A stretch of 64,000 nucleotides of DNA from Planctomycetaceae bacterium (GCA_046349775.1 JAXMBS010000010.1:37601-101600), one strand, 5' to 3'. Positions 37,693 to 48,350 are shown, counted from the stretch's first letter. The notes: generated from the sequence alone by a model not told the origin. Made by a program: numbers and translations.

Positions 37693-39102
37693 GTGGCCAA
37701 GCGCGCCGCCCCGGCGATTGAACAGACTGTCGAAGAGGCCACCCAGGAGATCGGCCGCACTCTCTGGCGGCATCTCGAACGCCGCCGGCCGACTATCTTC
37801 GAGCAGCGGTGGTGGCTCGACCATGTCCTCGAATGGGCGATGGCCGATGAATCGGTCAAGGTGCAGATGTTCCGGTTCGTCGACGTGCTGCCGATGCTGA
37901 AGACGCACGAGGCCGTGACGGCCCATCTGCACGAGTATTTCGACGAGGTCCGCACGCACCTGCCTTCGGCCGTGCGGCTGGTCGTCGATCACAGCGACAT
38001 GAATGCGCTGACCAGCAAGGCGGTGGCGTACAGCACGCGGACCAACGCCCGCAGGATGGCGGAGCGGTTCATCGCCGGCTCACGCGTGGAGGAAGTGCTG
38101 CAGAGCGTCGCGAAGCTGCGGCGGAAGGGGCTGGCGTTCACGCTGGACCTGCTGGGCGAGGCGGTCGTCAGCGAGCAGGAGGCCGATGCGTACCAGAAGC
38201 AGTATCTGGATTTGATTACAGGGCTTGCGCCGCTGGTCGGACGCTGGACCGAATCGCCGCAAATCGACCGCGACGACCAGACGTGGATTCCCCGCTGCAA
38301 TGTCTCCCTAAAGTTGTCGGCGCTCTACAGCCAGTTCCGGCCGATCGATCCGGTGGGGACGGCAGCGGCCGTAAAAGAGCGGCTGCGACCGATATTGCGC
38401 GCGGCCCGCGAACTTGATGCGTACGTGCATGTGGACATGGAGCATTACGCGTACAAGGACCTGACGCTCGACATCTTCAAGCAGGTGTTCATGGAAGACG
38501 AGTTCCGCGACTGGATCGATTGCGGAATCGTGATCCAGGCCTACCTGCCGGACGCCGAGCGGGACCTCCGCGATCTGCACGCCTGGGTGAAAAATCGCGG
38601 TGCGTCGATCTGTGTGCGACTGGTGAAAGGAGCTTACTGGGACTACGAAACGGTGGTCTCGAGCTACCGGGGCTGGCCGTGCCCGGTGTTCACCGAGAAA
38701 TGGCGGTCGGACGACAACTACGAGCGGCAGACCCGGTTCCTGATGGAGAATTACCGCGACCTGCGGCCGGCGATCGCGTCGCACAATCTGCGGAGCCTGG
38801 CGCACGCGATCGCCTGGAGTCACGTGCTCAAAGTGCCGCAGAACGCGTGGGAGATCCAGATGTTATATGGCATGGCCGAAGAACAGGCGCAGCTCTTCGC
38901 CGAGCGTGGGCACCGCGTGCGGATCTATACGCCGTTCGGTGAGCTGATTCCGGGGATGGCATACCTCGTGCGGCGCCTGCTGGAGAATACGTCGAACGAC
39001 TCATTCCTGCGGCACGCGTACGACACGAGCGTTTCCGTCGAAGACCTGCTGCAAAAGCCGGCGGACGTCGGTGCACGGCAGCAGACGGCAGTGGCAGTTT
39101 GA
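37693..39102 (+). CDS. Proline dehydrogenase (PutA-type PRODH domain)
   Basis: GTG start. LVKGAYWD ... ASHNLRS and the C-terminal LENTSNDSFL are PRODH-family signatures. Confidence 0.8.
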   Translation: MAKRAAPAIEQTVEEATQEIGRTLWRHLERRRPTIFEQRWWLDHVLEWAMADESVKVQMFRFVDVLPMLKTHEAVTAHLHEYFDEVRTHLPSAVRLVVDHSDMNALTSKAVAYSTRTNARRMAERFIAGSRVEEVLQSVAKLRRKGLAFTLDLLGEAVVSEQEADAYQKQYLDLITGLAPLVGRWTESPQIDRDDQTWIPRCNVSLKLSALYSQFRPIDPVGTAAAVKERLRPILRAARELDAYVHVDMEHYAYKDLTLDIFKQVFMEDEFRDWIDCGIVIQAYLPDAERDLRDLHAWVKNRGASICVRLVKGAYWDYETVVSSYRGWPCPVFTEKWRSDDNYERQTRFLMENYRDLRPAIASHNLRSLAHAIAWSHVLKVPQNAWEIQMLYGMAEEQAQLFAERGHRVRIYTPFGELIPGMAYLVRRLLENTSNDSFLRHAYDTSVSVEDLLQKPADVGARQQTAVAV

Positions 39103-39214
39103 AGCGCCTGACGTCTGAGTTCGACGTGAGCCACTCACGCGTCGATCTTCTTGCTGTTTTTTCAGCGTCTGTGTACCGTCCGGCATCCCCTGATCTCTCC
39201 CAGGATTCACACGG

Positions 39215-39982
39215 ATGTCCGAACCTCTCGCAACCGAAGGCACTCCCGGCCCGCGGACGCTCACGCGCCATCAGCGACGCGTCCTGGGCGTGCTCGTCGA
39301 AAAGGCGATCACGACGCCGAACCAGTATCCGCTGACGCTCAAGTCTGTCACGACGGGCTGCAACCAGACGAGCAATCGCGATCCGGTCGTGAACTACACC
39401 GAGGAACAGTGTCAGCAGTATCTCGACGAATTGCGGGCGCTGGGCCTGGTCGCGTGCATTCATACGGAGAGCGGCAGAACCGAACGGTTCCGCCACTACA
39501 TCCGCAAGGCGTACCCGTTCACCGAGCCGCAACTGGCGATCATGACCGAGCTGTGGCTGCGCGGCCGCCAGCAGCCGGGCGAACTGCGGACCCGCGCCAG
39601 CCGGATGGCGCCGCTGGATTCGCAGGAGCAGCTCCGTGCCGAGCTGACGAGCCTGATGGAACAGGGGTTCGTCCAGGCCGACGGTCCGCTGGATCGTCGC
39701 GGCGTGCTGGTCGATCACGGGTTTTATCCGCCGCACGAGGTGCAGCGGATGGAGCGCCGCACCGCGGAGTCGACCGAGAGTCCTGGTGACGACGAGCCGG
39801 CGGCAGCCGCAATGCCGTCGCGTCCGGCGGTGTCCGCTGCGAATACCAACGGTCTTGCGGCTGAAGTGGCGCGGATTTCGGCCGGGCAGGAGGCACTGCT
39901 CGCGGAGATCGACGAGCTGCGTGGCAAGCTGAACAGCGTGACAGACGAACTCGCCGCGCTCCGCCGCAGCCTGGGCGCTTAA
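39215..39982 (+). CDS. DUF480 (YceH-like) family protein
   Basis: LTRHQRRVLGVLVEKAITTPNQYPLTLKSVTTGCNQTSNRDPVV matches the DUF480 N-terminal consensus. Duplicated winged-helix-like halves and a coiled-coil tail. Confidence 0.8.
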   Translation: MSEPLATEGTPGPRTLTRHQRRVLGVLVEKAITTPNQYPLTLKSVTTGCNQTSNRDPVVNYTEEQCQQYLDELRALGLVACIHTESGRTERFRHYIRKAYPFTEPQLAIMTELWLRGRQQPGELRTRASRMAPLDSQEQLRAELTSLMEQGFVQADGPLDRRGVLVDHGFYPPHEVQRMERRTAESTESPGDDEPAAAAMPSRPAVSAANTNGLAAEVARISAGQEALLAEIDELRGKLNSVTDELAALRRSLGA

Positions 39983-40057
39983 GGGGTGCCACGGGCTTTA
40001 CCCGTGCAGAGCAGCAGGACGTGACGCCCCGACGCACTGGCGAAGCCAGTGGCACCC
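39983..40057 (+). repeat. About 75-nt double-hairpin element (GGGGTGCC-[CACGGGCTTTACCCGTG]...[CACTGGCGAAGCCAGTG]-GCACCC), copy 1
   Basis: The reverse complement aligns with 51427-51502. The CACTGGCTCCGCCAGTG hairpin core also occurs twice inside the blaR1-like region (40874-40891, 41048-41065). Confidence 0.6.
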
Positions 40058-40196
40058 GGCTCTCACCACTGTCGGCGACCCCTGACCTCCGACCTCTGAC
40101 TTCCGTCCGCCGCCTTCCCCTTGACGACAACCGTCGTCGGCCTTAGACTCGCGGACGACATCTGTCGTCACGCTGTGCACACGGAAGGATTCGCAG

Positions 40197-40766
40197 ATGC
40201 CTGAAGGCACCCTGACCCCGGCTCAATACGAAATTCTCAACATCGTGTGGGACGTCGGCCCAGACGGCGCGACCGTCGCCGAAATCTGGCACGTGATCTC
40301 CGAATCTCGCTCCGTGGCCCGCACGACGATCCTCAATCTCGTCGATCGGCTCGAGAAGCGGGGCTGGCTCAAGCGCCGCGATGCCGAAGGGGGCGCACGC
40401 TACACCGCCGCTGTCAGCCGCGATCGGACCAGCGCCGCACTCGCGGATGATTTTGTGGACACGTTTTTCGACGGCTCCGCGGCCAATCTGGTGATGAGCC
40501 TGCTCGGCACGTCCAAGCTCGACGCGGACGAGATCCGCCGGCTGCGCGACGTCTTGAATCAGCCGCCTCCGAAAAGCCGGGCCGGGCGAAGGGGGGCGAC
40601 TGGCGATCGAGTTGCCGCAAAGCGTCGGTGCCGTGGCGGCGTGGCTGGGGGTGACCGTCTTGGCCGCAATCGCCATGGCGTCGCTGGTCCTGAGTGCGAT
40701 CGGACTGCTGGTCGCGCGCGGGGCCGCGCGACGATCGGGCGCTGTTGCGGCACGGCGTCCTGCTGA
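40197..40766 (+). CDS. BlaI/MecI/CopY family transcriptional repressor. The C-terminal tail beyond about 40575 is probably a read-through artefact.
   Basis: LTPAQYEILNIVWDVGPDGATVAEIWHVI ... TILNLVDRLEKRGWLKRR winged-helix signature. No in-frame stop where the family normally ends. Confidence 0.7.
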   Translation: MPEGTLTPAQYEILNIVWDVGPDGATVAEIWHVISESRSVARTTILNLVDRLEKRGWLKRRDAEGGARYTAAVSRDRTSAALADDFVDTFFDGSAANLVMSLLGTSKLDADEIRRLRDVLNQPPPKSRAGRRGATGDRVAAKRRCRGGVAGGDRLGRNRHGVAGPECDRTAGRARGRATIGRCCGTASC

Positions 40767-41846
40767 GCCAGCGCTGTGCGCCCTGCATGCTGCCGGTCAG
40801 CGCCATTTGCCGCGTCATGGATCGAAGTCGACTGGCTGCGACTCCAAGTCCTGCAGTTCTCGCAGGACTTGCGCCACTGGCTCCGCCAGTGCTTCAGCGA
40901 ACGTCGCCGGGCGCTGAATTGCACGCGTGCCGCAAGATGTTCCCGACAACATCACCGCGCAATTAGCGGTGACGAACAGCACGCTGACAACTCTGTCCGC
41001 CGAGGAAATCCCCGCCGGCGCCATCCTGCCGGGACAAGTGCCTGGTACCACTGGCTCCGCCAGTGTGTCTGCCTCACAATCGGCTGGTGAATGCCGCGCT
41101 CGACGTCAGCCACACTGTCTCCTGGCATCACCGCCGCTGGCATTTCAACTGCGGCCGTCGGCCTCTGGTTTCTCGGCACGCTGGTGTCACTGGTCCGCAC
41201 GCTGCGCGCCGCCTCCGGCGTCGCCCGGCTCGTGAGGCATTCGACGCCCGTGGCGGATCCGCTGGCAACTGCGTTACTGGCCGAACTCTCGACCGCCATG
41301 CGGCTCCGGCGGCCTCCCGTTCGCGGTCGACCGCGCGGATCCGGGTTCCCTTCGCCTGGGGTCTCGCCCGGCCAGTCGTCGTCGTTCCCCAGCATCTGCT
41401 GGAACCGCAGAGCACAGATCGCGTGCGACCGATCCTGATCCACGAGCTCGCCCATGTCCGTCGCCGAGACGTCTGGATCGGCACGCTGCAGCGAGTCGTG
41501 GCCGCGCTGTACTGGTGGAATCCGCTGGTGCACGTCGTCAATTCCCGGCTGGCCGACGCCCGCGAAGAAATCTGCGACGCCCATGTGGTGGTGGGCGGCT
41601 GCCCGTCGGCGACTACGCCGAAATCCTCGTCGAGCTGGCCACGCAAATCTCGCCGCCGCAGCCGGCCGCCGCGCTCGGCCTGCTCTCCCGTTCACAGCCG
41701 CAACTCACCCGTCGCGTCCAACACCTCCCCCGGAGGATCATCCGATGTCGACTTCGCTCCACAAGCTGGCTCGAGTTTCCACGCCCATGGGACTGTTCTG
41801 CGTGCTGACGGCCGTCGCAGTCCTGGATGGCCTGCGTGCTCATTGA
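40612..41846 (+). pseudogene. BlaR1-like M56 peptidase/sensor gene with at least six reading-frame switches and an in-frame stop
   Basis: Pieced across frames: TM1-2 (frames 1 and 2), extracellular loop (frame 1), TM3 (frame 0), HELAH zinc site (frame 2), GDYAEILVELATQ (frame 1), last TM GLFCVLTAVAVL (frame 0, stop 41846). Confidence 0.65.
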
Positions 41847-41873
41847 CAATCGCTCACACGCATATTCCTCGGC

Positions 41874-43607
41874 ATGGGATGGTTACGTCTCTCCGATTCG
41901 AACTGGTCTCCGAATTCACGCACAACGGGGTCAGCGAAGTGCATCCAAACTACTTCCGCCCCAGCCCGTCACGGTGACCAGCGTGCAGCCGGCGAGCCAG
42001 TCGTCGAGCTACGCCCACTGTGCCTGCGCCTGCCGGAGCGGTGGCGCGCCCGTCGTCGGCGGCGGTGCAATGCTCGTACAGCAGCCGACGTCGGACGACG
42101 ATCCATTTACGCGGCCCTGGGAACCGATCTCGATGTTGACATGATCCTGCCTCAAAGCGCCACCGTCGTCGCTGACCCGCTGGATGCCGCTCAGCCCTCT
42201 GCGGACGAGCTTGCCCAGCGCCCTGCTGGCGGCGGGAGAGCGACGTTGGGTCGGGAACAAGACGAAGAGGAATCGTTCCCGACACCCGCCCGAAGGGGCC
42301 GCGGTGCAGCGATGATGGCGCCGCCAGCCCGCATGATGATGGGCGGCATGGGCATGGCAGGGAGAGACAACGACGAAGATGGGTCAATGAGGGGCGTCGC
42401 CACCGCTATTCCCCGCACTGCATTCCAGGGCCTCGCCGTGATCGAACTCCTCGGCAACGATGACGGCTCGCTCAACGACATACGCTGGTTCACGGAATCG
42501 CTCGGCACGGGCGAAGACGCCTTCACGAAACTCGCCGAACGAGTCACGGAATTCGCCAGCCGGAGTGCACAGGGAATCACCGTAAACGTCCCGGCCGGAA
42601 CCGACCGGGTGGCTGTGGGATTCGGACTGCGCATAGCGAATGAAGACGACAATCCATTCGTCGCGCCGAGAACTGACGGTGGAGGGGCACGTTCGGCTGC
42701 CCTAATGTTCGGCACTCAAGGCAACGTACAACTCGCCGCCCAGGTCACGGCCAGCGGCAACTTGCGCTACGAGCACGTCGCCCGTGTCGTCGCGCTCTGC
42801 CAGCCACACGTCCAGCGCGTGATCCTCGCCGAGCCGAACCTGACGTCGCAGATCACCCTCACCCTCGGCTTCGTCCGCGACGGCAGCGGCAAGCAGATTT
42901 CATCCTCGCCGGTGCTGATCTGGAACAATGCCGTTACGCCGGTGGTCACGCCCGCCCCCACGGTAAACGACGACTTCGGCGGCAGTGCAGTCGTCGCTGG
43001 ATACTCGGACCCGCACGACGAGATCGTCACCGTCGAACAACTGACAGGTAAGCTCCTCCAGTGGCGACAAATACGAACCGATGAAGACGCGCCGAAAACT
43101 CTGACCACCACGATCCGCGCCGACACCGGCGTCGATCCCAAGCTCGTCGAGCAGGTCGTGCAGGTCACGCTGCCCGCCGGGGTGGAACGGGTGATTTTGC
43201 AGCCGCTGGGGCAACCGCAGGAAGTGAAGGCGGTCATTCTCGAGTACTCGCAGTCGGGCAATGAGACTCGTGTCGTCGTTTCCATTGGAGCCGATGACGG
43301 TCTGCAAGTTGGAACTCGGCTGACCTGCCAGACCAAAGTACTTGGCATCGTCGAGGAGAAAAGCGGCCCAGTGCCCGTTGAGCACTACGAAGCAGGGATT
43401 CTCCGGGTGCTTGAGCTGCAGCCCGATAAGGCGACATGCCTGCTGGAACTGGGAGGGGGCCGCCCCGACGTCGGATCGGAAGTCAGACTTCAAGCGACGC
43501 CTGCCGCCGAGCAAGCGCCGGCCGTCGAACCAGCGGAGGCAGACAACCAGCCGGAAGATTTTCAGCCGCCGCAAGCGCCCGTCGCGAACGACGACAAGCC
43601 GATTTGA
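41874..43607 (+). CDS. Low-complexity periplasmic protein with ExbD/TolR-like C-terminal segment; possibly the detached C-terminal part of the BlaR1-like gene. True start likely near 42141.
   Basis: MMMGGMGMAG low-complexity region. LRYEHVARVVALCQPHVQRVILAEP resembles the ExbD/TolR periplasmic domain. The first 90 codons of the ORF-track model are Arg-rich and implausible. Confidence 0.4.
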   Translation: MGWLRLSDSNWSPNSRTTGSAKCIQTTSAPARHGDQRAAGEPVVELRPLCLRLPERWRARRRRRCNARTAADVGRRSIYAALGTDLDVDMILPQSATVVADPLDAAQPSADELAQRPAGGGRATLGREQDEEESFPTPARRGRGAAMMAPPARMMMGGMGMAGRDNDEDGSMRGVATAIPRTAFQGLAVIELLGNDDGSLNDIRWFTESLGTGEDAFTKLAERVTEFASRSAQGITVNVPAGTDRVAVGFGLRIANEDDNPFVAPRTDGGGARSAALMFGTQGNVQLAAQVTASGNLRYEHVARVVALCQPHVQRVILAEPNLTSQITLTLGFVRDGSGKQISSSPVLIWNNAVTPVVTPAPTVNDDFGGSAVVAGYSDPHDEIVTVEQLTGKLLQWRQIRTDEDAPKTLTTTIRADTGVDPKLVEQVVQVTLPAGVERVILQPLGQPQEVKAVILEYSQSGNETRVVVSIGADDGLQVGTRLTCQTKVLGIVEEKSGPVPVEHYEAGILRVLELQPDKATCLLELGGGRPDVGSEVRLQATPAAEQAPAVEPAEADNQPEDFQPPQAPVANDDKPI

Positions 43608-43641
43608 CGCGGACGGCGTGAATACTCAGCGAAAGGGATTT

Positions 43642-43715
43642 GAACCACAACGGCACAACGGACACGACGCAAAAGACCCTTCTTTCTCGTTGTGCTCGTC
43701 GTGTCGTTGTGGTTC
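43642..43715 (+). repeat. 73-nt AC/GT-rich hairpin element (GAACCACAACGGCACAACGGACACGACG-loop-CGTTGTGCTCGTCGTGTCGTTGTGGTTCC), copy 1, 3' of DUF1501 gene 3
   Basis: Near-perfect 22-bp stem. Second copy at 45435-45507 with about 85 percent identity and the same loop orientation. Confidence 0.65.
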
Positions 43716-43722
43716 CTCCTTG

Positions 43723-43760
43723 GGCGGGCGAGGCTCCCGCCGAGCCGCTCGTGTGCGAAG
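43723..43760. repeat. GGGCGGGCGAGGCTCCCGCCGAGCCGCTCGTGTGC motif, copy 4 of 4, immediately after the 73-nt hairpin
   Basis: Direct comparison with the copies at 1213, 23693 and 29350. Confidence 0.5.
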
Positions 43761-43977
43761 GCTGTCTATAGCAACGAAGTGGCACACGACTTGCGCTCGG
43801 AACAATACACTTCGTCCGAGGTTCTCTCTCTGAGAGGCGGTTGAAAGATTGTGCGCTCGGCAACGCGCGCGGCTCGGCAGGAGCCGCGCCGGTTAGCAAG
43901 CGAATGGGGATCGTTTCGCTCCCTTACGGTCGCGGCTCGTCTCGTGGTGTTGTGTCAGTGTGACTACCGACGCCGCG

Positions 43978-45357
43978 TCACACGAGTTCGCGGATCGGCG
44001 GGCTGCGGTCGATCAGCGACAAGAGGTCGCGCGGCAGGTCGGGGCGGGCCCGCAGAGCCGAAACATCGAACAGCGTGTGCAACACCGTTCCCAGCAGGTT
44101 TTCCGGTGTCACCGGGTCGCCGTGCGGCTCCTCGGCCTTGGACGTCGAGCGTCCGATGACTTGGCCCATCGGCAACCCGCCGCCGGCGAAGGCCAGCGTG
44201 CTCAGCCGCGGCCAGTGATCGCGGCCGCCGTGCTCGTGCACGCGCGGCGAGCGCCCGAACTCGCCGGTCAGGATGAACAGAATCCGCTCGCTCAGCCCGC
44301 GCTCGGAGACATCGTCCAGAAACGTGCTGACGGCGACGTCGACCGGCGTCCCCAGCCGCCGCATGCCGACCGGCATGTTCATCTGCGTCGGCCCGCCGTG
44401 CATGTCCCAGCCGGCGTTGTGAATCGTGACGAACCCGCAGCCTGCTTCACAGAGCCGCCGCGCCAGCAGCAACTGGTGGCCGAGCGTCGACGGCCTGTCT
44501 GTCCAGATGCCCGTCAGAAACCGTGACGTGTCGTAGCGGGCGATGAGCCGCGGGTCTTCGTCCGATAGATCGAACGCCGTCTTGGCCTGTCCCAGCAGCA
44601 GGTCCAGCGCCTGGGCATCGAAACTGCCGCCCCCGCGCGGTCCACCATCGCCTTCGAGTGCCGCACGCTGCCGGTCGAGTGCCAGCTGCAGTCCGCGCCG
44701 GTCATCCAGTCGCCCACGCGGGACGTTGAGTTCCATGTCGGATTGCAGTTCGGCATCGCCGCCGATCGCAAACGGAGCATAGCCGCCGCCGAGTTCTCCC
44801 GGCCCGGCCGCTGCCAGCAGCCGCAGCCGCTCCTTGTCGAACTGCCGATCCACCTCCGCAGCGCCGCTGTAGATCTGCCACGGAATCCCCGCAGTTGGTC
44901 GCACGAGCGCCCGCAGCCGCGCCGCGACTGAACCCATCCCCGCCTTGTGGATCGGGTTCCCGCCGCGGATCACCTGCTCGACCGCCAGCGTGTGATCGGC
45001 GATGTCGTGTGTGAACGACCGCACCACGGCCAGGCGATCCGCCCGCTCCGCCAGCCCGGTGAAGGTCCCGCCGAAGGTCACACCGGGCAGCGCCGTCGCG
45101 ATTTCGCCGGTCACACTGCGGAATTCCGCTGGCGCACTCCCCTTCGGGTCAAACGTCTCAATCTGGCTCGGCCCGCCGGTCAGAAACAGCAGGACGATCG
45201 ATTTGTCACGGAGCGGATTCTCTTTCGCCGCGGCGCGCGCCGCGAGGAGGTCGGCGAGCGTCAGCCCGCCCAGCGAGAGCGAACCGATCCGCAGGACATC
45301 GCGGCGACGGATGCCGGCGCAGTCGCGTGTCTCTGCTGCCGAGCCGATTGAAAGCAT
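43978..45357 (-). CDS. DUF1501 family protein (third paralog in the window)
   Basis: RRDVLRIGSLSLGGLTLADLLAARAAA Tat-type signal. GGPSQIETFDPK, RSFTHDIADH, WDMHGG and the C-terminal FAGGG DUF1501 motifs. The ORF-track N-terminal extension runs through the hairpin repeat and is rejected. Confidence 0.8.
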   Translation of the reverse strand: MLSIGSAAETRDCAGIRRRDVLRIGSLSLGGLTLADLLAARAAAKENPLRDKSIVLLFLTGGPSQIETFDPKGSAPAEFRSVTGEIATALPGVTFGGTFTGLAERADRLAVVRSFTHDIADHTLAVEQVIRGGNPIHKAGMGSVAARLRALVRPTAGIPWQIYSGAAEVDRQFDKERLRLLAAAGPGELGGGYAPFAIGGDAELQSDMELNVPRGRLDDRRGLQLALDRQRAALEGDGGPRGGGSFDAQALDLLLGQAKTAFDLSDEDPRLIARYDTSRFLTGIWTDRPSTLGHQLLLARRLCEAGCGFVTIHNAGWDMHGGPTQMNMPVGMRRLGTPVDVAVSTFLDDVSERGLSERILFILTGEFGRSPRVHEHGGRDHWPRLSTLAFAGGGLPMGQVIGRSTSKAEEPHGDPVTPENLLGTVLHTLFDVSALRARPDLPRDLLSLIDRSPPIRELV

Positions 45358-45434
45358 CGCTGCCGCCTCCCGTGGCGAACCGGTAACGCATCGACATTCT
45401 CTAATGTGTCGTCTGTCATTGCAACGGCAGAGTG

Positions 45435-45507
45435 TGAACCACAACGACACGACGGACACAACGAAGAGGCCGTTCTTCTTACGTCGTGTCCGTCGTGTCG
45501 TCGTGGT
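45435..45507 (+). repeat. 73-nt AC/GT-rich hairpin element, copy 2, 5' of DUF1501 gene 3
   Basis: GAACCACAACGACACGACGGACACAACG-loop-CGTCGTGTCCGTCGTGTCGTCGTGGTTAC. A perfect 22-bp stem. Confidence 0.65.
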
Positions 45508-46437
45508 TACTCTTTCCAATGAAGGCAACGAACCGCGGCGGCATTGGCGACTCAAACCGCAGCTCGCGTCCGGTCATGGGATGTTTGAACCCCGTGACGG
45601 TGGCGTGCCGCGAATCGCTTCGCCTTCCAGCGTCGATGCCGCCGTTGGCCGGGTCGTACTTGTCGTCGCCGACGACCGGGTGTCCCGCTTCGGCGAAGTG
45701 CACGCGGATCTGGTTCCGCCGGCCGGTCTCCAGTTGCACCTGCACGAGCGTCGCGCGGTCGAGCTCCTGTTCGACCCGGTAGTGCGTGACGGCGTCTTCG
45801 CCCGGCTCGTCATCGGGCACGGAAAATCGCCGCAGGTCCTTGCCGGTCCGCAGTTGACTTGATTGTTCCGGTCGGGTGCTTGAGCCGACCGGCGACAATC
45901 GCGACGTAGACCCGTTCGACCGTGTTCTCGAACTGGTGCTCGGAGCCCCTCGATGGCCAGCAGGTGCGGGTGCTTGGCGAACACCAGTAGTCCCGACGTT
46001 CCCCGATCCAGCCGATGCACCGCGATCGCCCGCCCCCGTCGGCGTTTTGCGCAACGTGCTCGGCCGTGGCAGGTCCAGCGTATTGGTCTCGCCGGCGCCG
46101 GTGGTGAACACTGAGCACCCCGGCCGCCTTATCGACGACCAGGATATCTTCGTCCTCGTGAATCAGCTTGTACTCGCCCGCACTCGTTCGGGCGGCGGCG
46201 CGTGATAGCGTCGATGCGAATCATGCCGACCCGCACGACATCGCCGCCGCCGACCATTTCGCCCGGATTCAGACACTCGGCATCGTTGCGGGAGACGCAC
46301 CGATGGTGAAACAGGCCTTTGATATCGTCACGCGCGAACGACCGGTCAGCACCTGCACGATCCGGATCGATCCGTCCGGCTTCGGCGACGGTTCGCTGCA
46401 CATCCACGATCGGCATACGACTCCACCGCTTAGTCAC
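45480..46437 (-). pseudogene. RluA-family pseudouridine synthase (S4 + catalytic domain) disrupted by at least four frameshifts
   Basis: S4 domain RIDPDRAG...GGGDVVRV (frame b). YKLIHEDEDILVVDKAAGVLSVH (frame c). HRLDRGTSGLLVFAK catalytic Asp motif (frame 0). FENTVERVYVAIVAG (frame c). C-terminal TGRRNQIRVHFAEAGHPVVGD (another frame). Confidence 0.65.
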
Positions 46438-46715
46438 GCATCACAGAAGTCGGGCGGCACATATTTGCCGTCCGGCCAACGCCGGCGTCCCCAGTTCTCG
46501 AACCAGCGCGGATACCGGCGCGCCCGCCGCGAGAGCCGCATGGCCCGGAGAGCAGCATCGCCCAGGAACTCCAGCGTCAAATCGCCCGTGTTTCGCGCCG
46601 ATCCAGCCCGCGCGAATCGTCAGCACAGCAAAGGCGATCAATGCGATCGGATACGACAGCACGTGCAGCACCGCCAGTACGCGGACATACAGCGGCCAGG
46701 GATTGGGTTCGTTGT

Positions 46716-46817
46716 TGGTCAATGGCAAAGGGTTAATGGTTAATCGTTAACTGCCGGAAAGCAGATTGTGCCTGTGACGCCATCGATTGCGACTTCCAAT
46801 TGACCATTGACCATTAA
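46716..46817. repeat. AT-rich palindromic element (GGTTAATGGTTAATCGTTAAC ... CAATTGACCATTGACCATTAACTATTGACCATTAACC)
   Basis: Member of the TTGATGGTTGATCG family with G-to-A drift. Lies just 3' of gnd. Confidence 0.45.
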
Positions 46818-48284
<1,467 letters not shown>

Positions 48285-48350
48285 GACGAGTGGGTAGTTG
48301 TTAGTGGGTAGTGTGTAGCCGTTGAGCGAGGAGCCGCAGGCAACCGCGTT

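Noticed and set aside
41874-42140. First 90 codons of the 41874 ORF (LPERWRARRRRRCNART...)
   Set aside because: Arg-rich low-information sequence. A frame-1 ORF ends with ATGA coupling exactly at the Met of 42141, suggesting the real translation start or continuation is there.
43978-45555. N-terminal extension of DUF1501 gene 3 through 45555
   Set aside because: The extension is the translation of the 73-nt hairpin repeat (VVSVVSLWFTLCRC...). The Tat-type signal begins at the Met at 45357.
46441-46728. 95-aa minus-strand ORF with one hydrophobic helix between rluA-like and gnd
   Set aside because: Its start lies inside the AT-rich palindromic repeat and the second half is Gly/Ala/Arg-rich. 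Possibly a real small membrane protein but unsupported, so it is not listed as a feature.
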